Positions 1 through 13,435 of a stretch of DNA of 64,000 nt are shown in pieces; the stretch's first letter is position 1; every line of letters starts with the position of its first letter. The DNA is from the human T2T-CHM13v2.0 reference genome, Homo sapiens, in assembly GCF_009914755.1 (NCBI RefSeq), contig NC_060925.1. One strand, 5' to 3'. A program made the position numbers and the translations under genes. The notes under the pieces are model-generated. The model was given only the letters and a program-made list of their open reading frames with translations. It ran no database searches and was not told the DNA's origin.

Positions 1-325
1 AGGGGAGGGAAAAATAAATGGGGCCCAAGGCATTTTTAGGACAGTGAAACTATTCTGTATAATACTCTAATTGTGACTATGACATTTTGCAGTTCTGAAA
101 ATATGTAGCATGAACCCAAATGTAAAATATATGGACTTAGGTTAATAATAATGTGTCAACATTGGTTTAATAAATAAAAAATGTACAGCAATAATTCAGA
201 ATGTTAATAATAAGAAAAACTGTGCAGGAGAGGGAGGCCACAACGGAATTTGATATTTTCTGTGTATTTTTTCTGTGAACCTAAATATGCTCTAAAAATA
301 AAGTCTACTGAAGAAAAACAAAAAG
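1..325 (+). mobile_element. Old L1 (L1MC-like) 3' end
   Basis: L1MC-type 3' UTR phrases (ttttaggacagtgaaactattctgtat ... gaacctaaatatgctctaaaaataaagtcta) followed by an A-rich tail; subfamily from memory. Confidence 0.6.
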
Positions 326-329
326 AAAA

Positions 330-610
330 TAAGATTCTCATAGACATGATATGTAGAGATACAGGCCAAGCACAGTATGATTCAATTTATATAATGATCA
401 AGGAAAGGTCACAATGATGGTGGTGGAAGTCAGGATAGAAGTTATATTTATAAATGCAATACCTGAGAGGCAGTACAATGGAACCCTACAGTGTTCTCAT
501 AATATTTAATTTATTTATTAGATATGTTCAATTTGTAACACTTTCATCAAGCTAAACCCTTATGATTTACGTCCCATTTAGTGTATATATTATGTTTTAA
601 GATATTTACT
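330..610 (+). mobile_element. Old L1 (L1ME-like) 3' fragment
   Basis: acagtatgattcaatttatata, gaagtcaggatag and atgttcaatttgtaa...ttcatcaagct resemble the L1ME 3' end. Confidence 0.45.
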
Positions 611-1044
611 TTAGTTAAAGTATACTAATTAGAGTTTCTCTTTGGGGAATAGTGAGCTAGAAATTTTTAGTCAGCCCACAGACTAGTAATCACTAGAAAA
701 ACTACAAAAATATTGGAAAAAAATCAGATCGAAGGCATCAGACTTTAACAAAGAATTAGTATTCAGGAAAAGCAACTAACCTGTGATGTTGTCCTGGTAT
801 TTGGGAGTAATTACCTCCCAAGGAGAATCTGACAATTCCGGAAGATATTACCAAAAAGTCAAGAAGTTGAGACACACCGAGGTAAAGAGCAAATATATAG
901 ATCATGAACCACTGAGGAGTGATGGGGCTGGTGAACTTCCTGAACTTTGAATTGACATTTAAAAGGGAATATAATAGGAACAAGATTAAACAAGAAAAAA
1001 ATCAACTTTCACAGGAGCCAAATTCAGTTTCAAACAGCCTTAAA

Positions 1045-2780
1045 CCCTGGTAAACTTGAGCCAAGACTCCATTTAATACTCTAGCTCCATAAGTCCCTAC
1101 TCTGAAAAGTAGATCATAGCAGCATTTTGGGTCTCTTGGGATCTGAACAGGTTAATAGACAGTATATCTTATGATCCCTAGAAGGCCTGGGTATTTTTCT
1201 TTATCCAGTACACAGATACCTTAGTAGATGGCAAAGTTCTCTAGGGAAATATTGGAACAAGATTCTCAGGATATAATTGTGGCCATGCTGTTGTGTCTTT
1301 CCTCAAAATTCCCCATCTACCCTCACAATCAAGGGGTTTTGGGTTTGGGAATTGGTGTTGAATTGGCAATTGGGTGCAAAGACATGAATTAAAACACTAT
1401 AACTTACTTTTATCTGTTTGTCAGACATGAAATAAATGTCAAACATCACTTTAGTTGTCTGCTCATCTGCTTCATTGCTAGAAATCCCTTATCCATTAGC
1501 CATTTCTACAGATCTCTGCAGGACAAAACTCCTCTCATTACTCTGAACTTCAGGTTTATATTGGTTATTTTCCATATCTTCTCCCTGACAGTTTCATGTA
1601 ACTTCCTGCCTTCCATCCTCTGGAATACTATTATTCTTATTGATAGCAGTGAGCTCAATTTCTCTGTAGCATCATCACCGTCATCTCTAGTTTACTAATG
1701 ACAATTTCTTTAGAACACTTCAAAGATGTTTATATTCTCATCACCAATGCATTTATTGATGCATTTATTAATGCATTGGTAGGTGGTTATTTTCCAGGTC
1801 CTCTGTGTAACAGTGGTTAGGGATTAGCCAAGGAGGCTGTCCAAATAATTCATTCCAACACATCTATTTCTCTGAATCTTTGAATTAATTCCTTTACAAT
1901 GAGTTAAAAGATGTGACATTTCCAACTTATTAACCATAGATCAATGTTTAGTTTAGGTTTTGTTTAGTCTATTAGCTAGCAAAATATTAATGCCACTTTT
2001 GCATGCATGAGCCAATATATTAAATTCTGAAGCCCAAGGGAATACTCCCATAGCAATGAGTTTGACTGAATTCCAATTTATGTTTCCTCTCCCTTGGCTA
2101 AAGTCTTTACAATTCTTTCCTAAATATACCCTCCTAACTCCCACAGATACAAATTGGAAGGCATTTTATTATTATTATTAATTATTATTATTTTTGCAGT
2201 TTATCTGTTCTCAGAGCCAACCTTGTACCTCTTTATCTGATTATACTGTGATCCAGTTCCTGTTGTAGGCCTAGAAACAAAGTTAAGTGATGGGGCAATT
2301 ATTTCAGGTGCAATCCCTGAGTCTTTTATGTTGAGTATGGTTGATTACCTTAGATGTGGTGTGTGCGCCTGTGTGTGTGTCGGGGGACGGGGGCGGTAAG
2401 GGTAATTTAAAGGAAATGGGTCATCAAGATCTCAGCCTCACATGGATCTGCTGAAAAATGTCCATTTCATGTCTCAAAGTCTTACTTCTTATTGAGCAGA
2501 AGAGCGCTGGTCAGGCTGATATTTGACAGCTAAATGTATAATCAGTTTGTGTGCTTCATCCTTAGCCATGGCTGCCCTAAACCCCTGGATGATCCTTCAC
2601 ATCTGTCATAAAAACATTTTGATTTTTTCATACATCTTTTAAAATGCTTATTACTTATAATTTCCCTTTCGTCTATGCTTACTCTCTATGATAGTAAAGA
2701 AAAGCCAGAAGCTTAATAAATCTCTGAAATCTCTGTTATTGCCAACAACCACATGATCACCCAATGTCTTGCCCTCCCTC
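1045..2780 (-). mobile_element. Degenerate ERVL-class internal region (gag and protease remnant)
   Basis: ORF 1953-2144 (QGRGNINWNSVKLIAMGVFPWASEFNILAHACKSG) resembles ERVL Gag (GGRNIKLDQAEFIDMGPLSRDSxFNVAAxGVRKG). Minus strand 1050-1230 (gtactggataaagaaaaataccc...gagacccaaaa...gtagggacttatggag...aatggagtcttggctcaa) resembles the ERVL protease region. No long ORF. Confidence 0.65.
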
Positions 2781-2833
2781 TGTAATTCATCCTATGCTAT
2801 TACTGGTGTTTATTTGTTAATTAAAATGGTATT

Positions 2834-3229
<396 letters not shown>

Positions 3230-4209
3230 CTAGAAAATAAATAGCACATCAAAATAAAGGAAATTCAAGAGATAGGAAAATACCATAGACAATGGAATAA
3301 TCTGGGATTAGCAGCATCCCAGTTTTTGTGTCTTCTATTTTATACCCTGTTACTGTGATCCATATAGATCAGTCTTCTGAGAAAGAAAGCTGGGTGAAGA
3401 ATGGTAGAGAGTAGATCTGGAGTGAATGTGTACATACTGAACATTAGCATAATATTGACTAAAAATTCTGACAAAAGTAGTACAACAAAAGAAAATTTCA
3501 AGCCAATCTCTTGACCATGGGTGCTGTGAAAATTAAGCAGAAGCTTTAAGAACTATGGCACAGCTCTACCATCCTGTTTTTTCTCCCTTAGTGAGAACAG
3601 CATGCTATTCTCTTAAGGGCTGTTTCTTCAGTCTTAATCACAGAATAAAAAAAAAGAAGAACTGTTTGAGGGTTGATACCCACACACAACTTGTTTAAGA
3701 AACAGAGCTTTGTGGTTCTAAGCCATTTAGGGTTTAGCATTATTTGCTATTGGAGAATAACCTAACAAAGGCTGACTAATAGAGATGTAAAAATTAAATA
3801 ACTAAAGGCTTACAAAACCCCAAGGAATGTGGTATAGATGTATTAAAATGCGATATACTAGGTTTTATAATAAAATTACCAATGATAGAGGGGTTCGGTT
3901 TATAATGCATGAATTTTAATTCTTTAGGAAGCCACCAGTATATATATACACACACACTCAGAACTAAAGAAAGAAATGCAAAAATCTAGAATCATTTGGG
4001 AGGTTTAACAAATCTTTTAAAATAATACCATTATCTATACATACATAATATATTTATGGCTGTATATTTCCTTCTAAGTACTATTTTAGTTAAATATCAC
4101 AAGTTTTCATGTACAATATTTAAAAATATTTTCTTGTGAAAATATGATTTCTTTTTAAGCTATTATTTACAAGTGTGCTTTCTAAGTTTTAAACATATGG
4201 GGATTTTCT

Positions 4210-4580
4210 TTTTTTCTTTTTTTATTATACTTTAAGTTCTGGGGTACATGTGCAGAACATGCAGTTTTTTTACATAGCTATACACGTGCCATGGTGGTTT
4301 GCTGCACCCATCAACCCGTAACCTACATTAGGTATTTCTCCTAATGCTATCCCTCTCCTAGCCCCTCACCCCCAAACAGGCCCCAGTGTGTGATGTTCTC
4401 CTCCCTGTGTTCATGTGTTCTCATTGTTCAACTCCCACTTATGAATGAGAACATGCGGTGTTTGGTTTCCTGTTCTTGTGTTAGTTTGCTGAGAATGATG
4501 GTTTCCAGCTTCATCCATGTCCCTGCAAAGGACATGAACTCATCCTTTCTTATGGTTGCATAGTATTCCATGGTTTATAC
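4210..4580 (-). mobile_element. 5'-truncated L1PA7-like 3' end with 19-bp TSD
   Basis: L1PA 3' UTR (ttattatactttaagttctggggtacatgtgcagaac). TSD AAACATATGGGGATTTTCT at 4191-4209 and 4581-4599. Confidence 0.92.
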
Positions 4581-4799
4581 AAACATATGGGGATTTTCTA
4601 GTAATATATTCTACTCATTTTGTATGCAATAAATATTTATTGCCTGTTATGTACCAGGCACCCTTCCAGCTCTAGACATGCATCAGTGAGCAAAATGAAT
4701 AAATATCCCCATAAATATATTTATAGCTACATATTTCTAAGTACTTCCTTTTCAACATAGAAAGGAAGAAAGACCAAAAGCTGCATGTAGAGCCTTAAA

Positions 4800-5350
4800 G
4801 TTATATAGGACTTGAATAGTTAAAATAGGAAACAAATTTACCATACAGATACCAACAAAACCAAAAATTTGTTCTTTTTAAAAAACTGATAAAATTGACA
4901 AATCTCTAGTGAGACTGATTAGTGAAACAAAAGCCCAATATACATTATCAGAAATGATAAAAGAGCTATAACTACCGATGCTGCAGAGAATAACAAGGTA
5001 ATAAGGACATACTGTAAAGGTTATTATATATAGCTATGTATAATTTAGATGAAAATAAATGAAATGTTAATAAAATAAACAATAGCATGATTTATTCTGG
5101 AAGAAATTGGGGACTTATACAAACATTTAACAACTGAATTATTTGTAAACTTTTCAATAAAGAAATATCCAGTCCCCAATGGCTTCAACAAAGATTATAA
5201 AATTTCAGTGATTCAGAAATATTTCAGAGAATATACAAGAAAAATCCCAAGTCGTTTTATGAGGCCAGAAAACCTTGATTTTAAACCTTAATGGGAATTG
5301 TTAAGAGAGATAAAAATTTCATACCAATATTCATTCATAAGTACATACAA
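4800..5350 (+). mobile_element. Old L1M ORF2 fragment
   Basis: caacaaaaccaaaaatttgttcttt...aaaattgacaaatctctagtgagactgat...ttttatgaggccag resemble L1 ORF2. Confidence 0.6.
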
Positions 5351-5371
5351 AATACACACACACACACATAT

Positions 5372-5860
5372 GGCATATCTAAATTGTCTCAGTCTGAGTA
5401 AGTGTGGGTGTGTGTGAGTGCACCTTGTGATGGAATGGTGTTCTGCTCAGGCTTGGCTCCTGCTTTGTGCTTCGGCCTTCCAGAACCCTGAACTGAAATA
5501 AACGAGTTGGAAAATGAATGAAAAATACAAATTATTTCAACATAAAAATTTGTAAATATACAATAATGATACAAATGCATGACAATAAATGATGTGATCT
5601 GAAAGTGTTCAGCAAGCCTGCCATATTTGTGATTGTTTTGAACTGCCTTGTGGTAGGAGGTGCTCTTTACAATGTTCTCTTGGCAAGCATTTATTCCTTA
5701 ATTTAACCTCCACTACTATGATCACCATTACTTACTGATTCACCTAAAATTGGGTAAATAATAATCATGGTTTTATTAATCTTTTGCAAATGTATGGATA
5801 GCTTAAATTTATTACAATATTTATTGTAATATTATTATTATAGTAAGTGAGGACTTACTG
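5372..5860 (+). mobile_element. MER6 (TcMar-Tigger non-autonomous DNA transposon), partial
   Basis: cagtctgagtaagtgtgggtgtgtgtgagtgcacc...accctgaactgaaataa...ttggaaaatgaatg body. Terminal AAGTGAGGACTTACTG ends at 5860 and is followed by a TA target site. Confidence 0.8.
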
Positions 5861-6339
5861 TACAAAGGTGATTTGGGAGGGTTCATTAATTTCACCATTA
5901 TCCTGTTCTGTCTTTTTTACTCCCTCTTCCACTTTAGCTATCTTTCTTTTGCTGTTAAGTAGCAAGCCCCCCATGGACACTCTAGGGTTGGGGAGGCATT
6001 GTGAATAACCCTGGCCATCACTTGTTGACCTAATATGTGTAAGGAAATTACTTAAAACTTTACACAAATTGTCTTATTCAATCTTCATGATCAGAAAATA
6101 AAAGAAAAATCTTATGTCAATTGTGAGGTAATAAATGGTATGTGTGAAAGTCAGGATAGAAGTCCTGGGTTCCCCCTTACAGTGTCAATGGGAGCAATGG
6201 AATTCTTGATCTAGACAGCCCTCACATGAGGACCTACAAGACTTCCCGCTGGGCAGGGTTTGCAATACTTGCCCAGATCATGGGTTGAATGATATATCAG
6301 GGAAGTTTATAAGTTTTGTCTGGGCATAGAACCAAGTGG

Positions 6340-6450
6340 CCTAAGTACTAATCTTGCCTGCCACCAAGCAGCTGTGTGGGACATTGGACAAGCTATATTA
6401 CCTCTCTAGCCTTGGTTTTCTTCTCTGTGAAATAGAGATTACATAAAGAC
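6340..6450 (+). mobile_element. MIR fragment
   Basis: gctgtgtgggacattggacaagctatattacctctctagccttggttttcttctctgtgaaatagaga matches the MIR core. Confidence 0.6.
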
Positions 6451-7749
6451 ATTTGACATCTTTGAGATTCTAAAACACTCCTGGATAAGATATCTGACTA
6501 GCTAGTCTATGCTTGGGGAGAAATAGAAGAAAAGGTTGACTCCAAGGAATGGCTACAGGGAAAGACCAAGTGGATTTACCTAGCTAGGGAGTTGAGAGAT
6601 GATACAAAATTATCCTGCCTCCTGCATACTTTGCCTGGATCTGGGCACTAGCATACGACCAATTTCCATACGACAGACCCTGAGACCTTCTGGGCTGTAA
6701 AAAGCCTTATAACCATCTGATGCTACTTTTGCTAGCCTTTAGAGGTTTGTTCATCAGAATCTGCCAATTTCTGCACAGGAGAACACAGGGAAAATAGAAA
6801 TAGAGTGGCTAACTGGTTATGCGGAACTAGTGTCCTATATTTGATCAGCACTAATATTATTGGCTTTTCAATTTCTTTATTTTATATGTGGGCATATTCT
6901 TAACTTTTGGGAATATTCAAGATAGTGAAGATTGCTGAGAAAGTAACGTTTTTGGTTTTTCTCTTTCAGTTCCTTCAAGTTCAATGCATCATAGCAATTA
7001 GGAAGTATTAGCATTGGTTTCTAGTAAGGGTTAGGATATATTACTGCAGGTTAGAGATGTTCTGTAAGCAAAACACCCTGAGCCAATAGGGAGAAAGAAC
7101 TGACTCAAGGTCAGCATGAAACAGGGACAGAGAAAAGTTTAACAATCTGGACCAAGGTCCAAACAAGTAAATAAAAAATGCAGTAAATCCTGACACAGGT
7201 ATCAAAACAAAGAAACAGCCAAGCCAGAGGCAAATGCATCATTTTGTTATGCAGAATGAAGTGAAATGGGTAAGAATATAACTTTAACATTTGTGTTATA
7301 CTTAATATAAGAACCAAATAAATGAGACAAGAAAAAGTCCTTTGCTGTAGGAAAAGGGCATTGGCATTCATTCACTGCAGATTTAGCTTCGGAAACTATA
7401 AAATGGGAGACAGAAGATCAAGCACTCATGTAGGAGGAGGAGTCAGTGCCCAGTCAGTACCAAGTGAAGTGTGCCTGGGAACAACATGGCCATAAACAGC
7501 ACTACGCAGTTTAAACTGTGTTATCAAGAAAAGCATCAGGTTTCCCAGCTGGTGACAGACTCCGAAATCCATTCACTTTACTCTTAGGGTGCATAATGCC
7601 GTCCCCATTAATGACTACAAAAATAAAACATTTAAAATAAATAAATATATTAAGAAGACAATAAACTTTTATCTGTACTCTTACCACCCAGATATCAATC
7701 ACTTCTATTAACATGTTCACATATGTTTCTGACTTTTCTATGTGCACAA

Positions 7750-8273
7750 TGTGGAGAAAAGTGTTTTATGGCAGGCCTGAACTGCTGCTATTCTTAGGAA
7801 AGCCTGCTTGCAAGATTGGCCTTTGGCTAGCATCTGAAAACTTGGCTGGCAAACAGTTCCTTACACAAATCTTTCCCTAATTGATAAGGTGGCTCACTGT
7901 CCCTCTCTGTTTGTACAAAGAATGCAGAATTTTGGTACATGCTAGGCAGAGGTTGCCAATGTGGCCAATTCTGAATGAAGTCCTCGGACACTGCGTTTCT
8001 AGTGGGTTTTCCTGGGTAGAAACATAACCTAGAGGTTGCTGCATTTTTGTTGATGGGGAAGGATGCACTATGACTCTTATGGGGAGAGGTAGCATGAGAA
8101 GTCTGCACATAGATTCCTGCAGACACTGCCTGTGTCTTATGATTTGACTGTGTGGTGAATTCTCATTAAGCTCCTGTAATCAATGTTAGCTGTGAAGACA
8201 ACCCTATTGTGAGTCTTGAGTCCTGGTAGTAAAGATTTGAATGTGGGGTTGGTCTTGGGAACTCCCCAACAAA
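7750..8273 (+). mobile_element. Solo LTR, MER68/MER77 group (ERVL)
   Basis: Begins TGTGGAGAAAAG...gcaggcctgaactgctgctattcttaggaaagcctgcttgcaagattggcc and ends ggggttggtcttgggaactccccaaca. Confidence 0.75.
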
Positions 8274-8279
8274 ACAAAC

Positions 8280-9650
8280 ACATGTAATATTTTTAAAAGA
8301 AGAGATCGTATTATCTGCACCTTTTTCTACCTTTTTATATAGAATACATAGAAAATATGTTTCTACATCAATAAATATAGACCTATAATAATATTATAAA
8401 TTATTGCATAGCATTATAGTTAGTCTTGGACTTTTAAGTTTTGCACATTTTACCACACTGTGACTTAAAAAAAAACCTTGAGATATAGCAACACTTAATC
8501 CTCATTCATTATTACTTATGAGGAAATTTAAAAAATAGTAATTCTGGGTCTACATACATTTTTATGATTTTTGATACATATTGTAAACTGGCCTTTAGAA
8601 AGCATGAGCCAGTGTCCACATAAAGATAATGTGTAATCAAAAGTCTCATTTCCCATTTCCAGAATGATAAAATCATTAATTTAAAAAAATTTGATTGATG
8701 CAGCAGAGTGATAATTCTTTGTTTTAAATTGCATTACTTCAATTGTTTACACAATTGGACATTTTTCAAAATTCTTCTAAAAATTGACTATGATTTCTTC
8801 TTTTAGAAATGCTTATTTATTTATATTTTTCATTTAAAAATTATTTGGCTTTACTTTTATGATATTTACATTTCTACAATTAAAGAAGTAATTATCTTTC
8901 ATAAGTGTTTAAAATATTTTTTACTCATTTTTAAATTTTATTTAATAGCCACTTCATATTGTTATATAAATAATTTACACATTCAAATCTTTTCCTTCAT
9001 GCTTACAACTTCTATTTTCATGTTTGTAGAGCTCGTCTATATTTAGAGAACTCTCCAACATTAGATGCATTTACCTAAATTTGCTTTTTAACTCACTATA
9101 ATTTTGAAAATATGGTAATATCTGATCTATTTTATTTTAGATTATATTTTGAACATAATCTAATTGGCATCCTTTAGTATTAAACAATGTGCATACTTCT
9201 ATTTCTTTAAAAAATAACCTTTCCTCACTAATTGAATATTACTTTTGAATATTCCATTCTGTGCTTTGATTTGTGTGTCTAGTTTGCTCTAATATCACAC
9301 TGGTTGAGTAGTTATTTTATAGTACATTTTACTTTCTGACAGAGCAAATCTTATCACTATTCTTTAGAAGCTCTTTGAATATTAATTCATGACCAATCTT
9401 GCACTTGAAATTCAAGGATATTTATCATATTATCAAAAATAGGTATTTGATTGGAATTTATTTAAACTTTGAAGTGAAATAAGGATTAATTGGCATCTCT
9501 AAAATTGAGAAATCCTATCCTTGTATAATGCGTGCCTGTATTCATTCATTTTTCATTCTGTATCCCCGTGAAAAGTTTTTAATGGCTTTACTTTAATAGG
9601 CCTTCACTAGAAATTGTTAAATGTGTTTCTGGAAGTTTTGTGAGCTGACT
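8280..9650 (-). mobile_element. Highly diverged L1ME-like fragment
   Basis: Antisense L1 phrases (gattttgatacatattgtaaactg, ttttaaattgcattactt, ggtatttgattggaatt). Confidence 0.45.
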
Positions 9651-10381
9651 AATTTAAATTTCCTATTTTTCAACCACTTTCCATCTACCTCACACAGGTG
9701 TGTTGAGCTCCCTAAAGGATCTCATATATCTCACACCTTACACTGTCCTCTTGCTTTCCTCATTTGTAGGCTGTTCAGGGATTTACTCTTAAACTATCAG
9801 AGTTCTGTGGTCTCTAGCACATCCCCCTACTTTGTTGAATCACTGCTCTGTGGAGTTTGTCTCTTCTACAGGATCCTTCTGAGCTGTTTCCCCACTGATG
9901 ACCAGTGATGTCCCCTTTGGTCTCTTGCCAACCACAGATACAACATCTGCTTTGTAGCGGTGTTATCATATCCTTTGGGAATGATTACTGCATTATGTTT
10001 TAACACCAGTTCTTTCGACCTTGCTAATAAAGATTAATCAAGGGAAATGAACAACTTTCCTAAGACATGAAAGTGAAGAAGCAAAAAAAGTGGAATCAAA
10101 TTCCAAAAGGTTTTCATGATGGAAAGTTAAAAGTAGAGTGGAATGGTTGGGAAAATCATCTCAGGAATCACAGAAGTTTTGGCGGAAGGACATAGGAAGT
10201 CACCTCAGTGAGCATTGAGAGAGGATGAAATCAATGCACGGAAGTTGAGTCAGTTAGTGTCAGATAATTTGCTAGAGAATGACTGTTTCTAAAATCTTAT
10301 TTTGCCATGATTTAATTACTCTCTTCCCATTACATGTAGTCATACTATATTTTCTGGTTGTTAGAGTCAACATCCTATTAA

Positions 10382-10695
<314 letters not shown>

Positions 10696-11169
10696 ACAGA
10701 CACAATTTAATCATGAAGGATTATAAGAAGAGGATAGCTCCACACATTTTTAAATGTGCATGGGCACTTTTGTGAGGAGTTGCCTTTTCAAATGAAAGAC
10801 CCCTACTGTCCTAGAAAAGTGTCCAGGACTCAGCTAGCCTATGTAAAACAAAATGTTTTATTTTACAATGGCTGACTTTCTAAAAATGTGTGAAACTATT
10901 AATATCTCACTAAAATCAGCAGGAAATAAACTGATTTAGAATAATTATGAGTTGGATTTTTTTCTTTGAGTATTACTACCCAATCAACCTAATTAACTCT
11001 TGATCTTTGTAACCGTTAAGACTGTTATATATTAATGCATAGGAAAACAAACTGTATTTTTAAATAACCTCTCACTAACTTGTGTGGAAGATATAGCCTT
11101 GATGTGGAAGACTCTTTATTGCTAAACACAAACCTACTCATCTTCCTCGGTATAAATGCCTCTATGACA

Positions 11170-11780
11170 GTTATTTACCTGTTGCCCCTCAGCAATACCC
11201 CATTCTTCTATATTTTGCAAATTGCCTTTTCTTTAACTCTCTTGCCTTCTGGCTTTTGATACTTGTTAAGCACTGAAGAAAAGGATGTAAGAGAAGGTGC
11301 TTCCCTTCTGCTTCCAGCTCCTGTTGGCATTTCCTAGTAGCAGTAGATAGCTGTGGATCCAGCCTCCAGTTTCCTTTAACACTCTTAGTGCCAAACTTGC
11401 TGTGTTCCCTCAGAGGTACCAGCCACATCCATGCCAATCCTCTGGGTAATCATGATACTACTGCATGCTCCCACACCCACTGGGTATACCCAATAGATCA
11501 CTTAATCAACTGTCAGGCCACTCCCACTCCTGGAAGGTTCTAGCATTGGACCTCCAAGGTTTCTTCTCTGAACTCCTGGTTTCTATTAACACCACATTTT
11601 CTCCATCCATTGCAAGTCTAAGCAGAGTAGCCATTTTCCTTAATTATACAAATGTGTTGCCCTAGCATCCCTTTTTGCTTTTACAAATTTTCACATTCGT
11701 GTAAGCAATTCCCTATATTAAACCAGTTCTGTTTGAAATAATTGCCATTACTTTTGTTTTATTGGCTTACCCTTGAGAGT
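11170..11780 (+). mobile_element. Old ERVL-type LTR (LTR33/LTR41 group)
   Basis: 3' end aattccctatattaaaccagttctgtttgaaataa...tttgttttattggcttaccct resembles ERVL LTR termini. Confidence 0.4.
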
Positions 11781-11927
11781 TAGAGCCTCGGACATAACAG
11801 AATATAACATTGAATATTGAGTGTGGGTAAGCACTTTAGACTTCCATGATATGTGGGAGAAACGGAATGCTCAGCATAAGATGGAGTGAGTAACGGAAGT
11901 GGTACTCTGGTAGAGATTCAGGATTGG

Positions 11928-12168
11928 CACATGTTCTCACAAGTGGGAGCTAAACAGTGGGTACGCATGGACATAAAGATGGAAATGGCAGACACTGAGG
12001 ACCCCAAATGAGGGAGGGTGAGAGGGAGGTTAGTGCTGAAAAATTATCTATCGGGTACAATGTTCACTGTTTGGGTGATGAGTACACTAGAAGCCCAAAC
12101 CTCAGCATCACACAATATATCTATATAACAAACCTGCACATGTGCCTGTTGAATCTATTTTAAAAAAA
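11928..12168 (+). mobile_element. L1PB-like 3' end
   Basis: atgttctcacaagtgggagctaaacagtgggtac...aacaaacctgcacatgtgcc followed by an A tail. Confidence 0.85.
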
Positions 12169-13269
12169 GCTTTTGGTTTGAGGAAGAGAAAGTAGGATCA
12201 ATTGAAGGAGTAGGAGGCTGGCAATCTAGGGGAGAGATTTGGGAAGAGATATCTAAAGGTGATAGTTGGAGTGGAATGTGATTCTTCGCTAAATGTTTTT
12301 TTGAAAATAAAAATTTACCTGAGGGGTTGGATATTGGTTTATATGGGGCACTGAAAACAGCTATTATGTGGGTTGCCTTCTGTTAGTGTAAATGTGTACT
12401 TGTCCTGGCACTTGGTGAGAGCTGTCTTATGATTTCAATTGTCATCGATCTGTTCAATGTTAAAGGATGTCTTAGAAAATCAGTCCAAAGCCAGCCTCAT
12501 AGGCTACAAATCTAGTTTTAGTGCTATTATAATTTTTTGTGGCCAAGGTAACAGAAATTCCATAATCCTAACTTGGTATAACCTTTTCTTTTCCCTATAA
12601 TGTATTCAAAAACATATATACATAATAGACTATGATGAATGGGAATTCAAAACATCAATTTATTATTATTGGTTGAGTTTATGCTTAAAATTCAAGTGCA
12701 GATTTCTCTGTAAGCTAAACAGGCATATGTGGCCTAGTTAGAAGGCCTAAGGGACTTTACTCTCTTGCTAAGGCCAACTACAAATCTAAAAATCTTACCC
12801 CTCTCCTGCAAATTACATATGACTGGACAATAGAGATATGTGTGTATGCACATGTGTGAAAAGAGGAACAGAGAGAGCAAGATGTTCAGTTTTAACACAT
12901 GGGAGTGCAGGCCAATGTCAACTTAATTTTTCATTCACATGGAAAAAATAAGAGGAAGGATAAAATGCCAGGAGAGTCATTTTTTATATTCATGACCTTT
13001 TAACACAAAGTGGTCCTGCCCACTTGTCAGTGTTGTGGTGTCAGACACCAAAATAATAGTATCCACAGCTCTTGGAAAGAAACAAGGTTTAAAAGACTAT
13101 TTAACATCAAGAGTATATCTTCCCACAGATGACCCATGGCTTAATCTTCTATTGTTAAAGGTGAATACTTACACATTCTACTCCATTAATTAAAAAAATC
13201 ACAGTCTTTTCAAGAGGTCATGTGAGAGCATTATAAAAGCATTAATAAAGAAAATATATCGTGTGGACT

Positions 13270-13435
13270 CAGTATTAATTCTTTTACTCATTAGTAGGCA
13301 AGTCATTTTATTTGTCTGAGTGTCATTTTTCTCATCTACAAAATGTCGATTATAATATATACTTCCCAGTGTGCTCTAAAGTTTAGATGAAGTAACATTG
13401 TTAAACTGTAGCACACAATGCAGCTATAAATAATT
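13270..13435 (+). mobile_element. MIR fragment carrying a candidate OR10K2 poly(A) signal
   Basis: taggcaagtcatttt...ctcatctacaaaatg MIR core; minus-strand AATAAA at 13307-13312. Confidence 0.5.
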
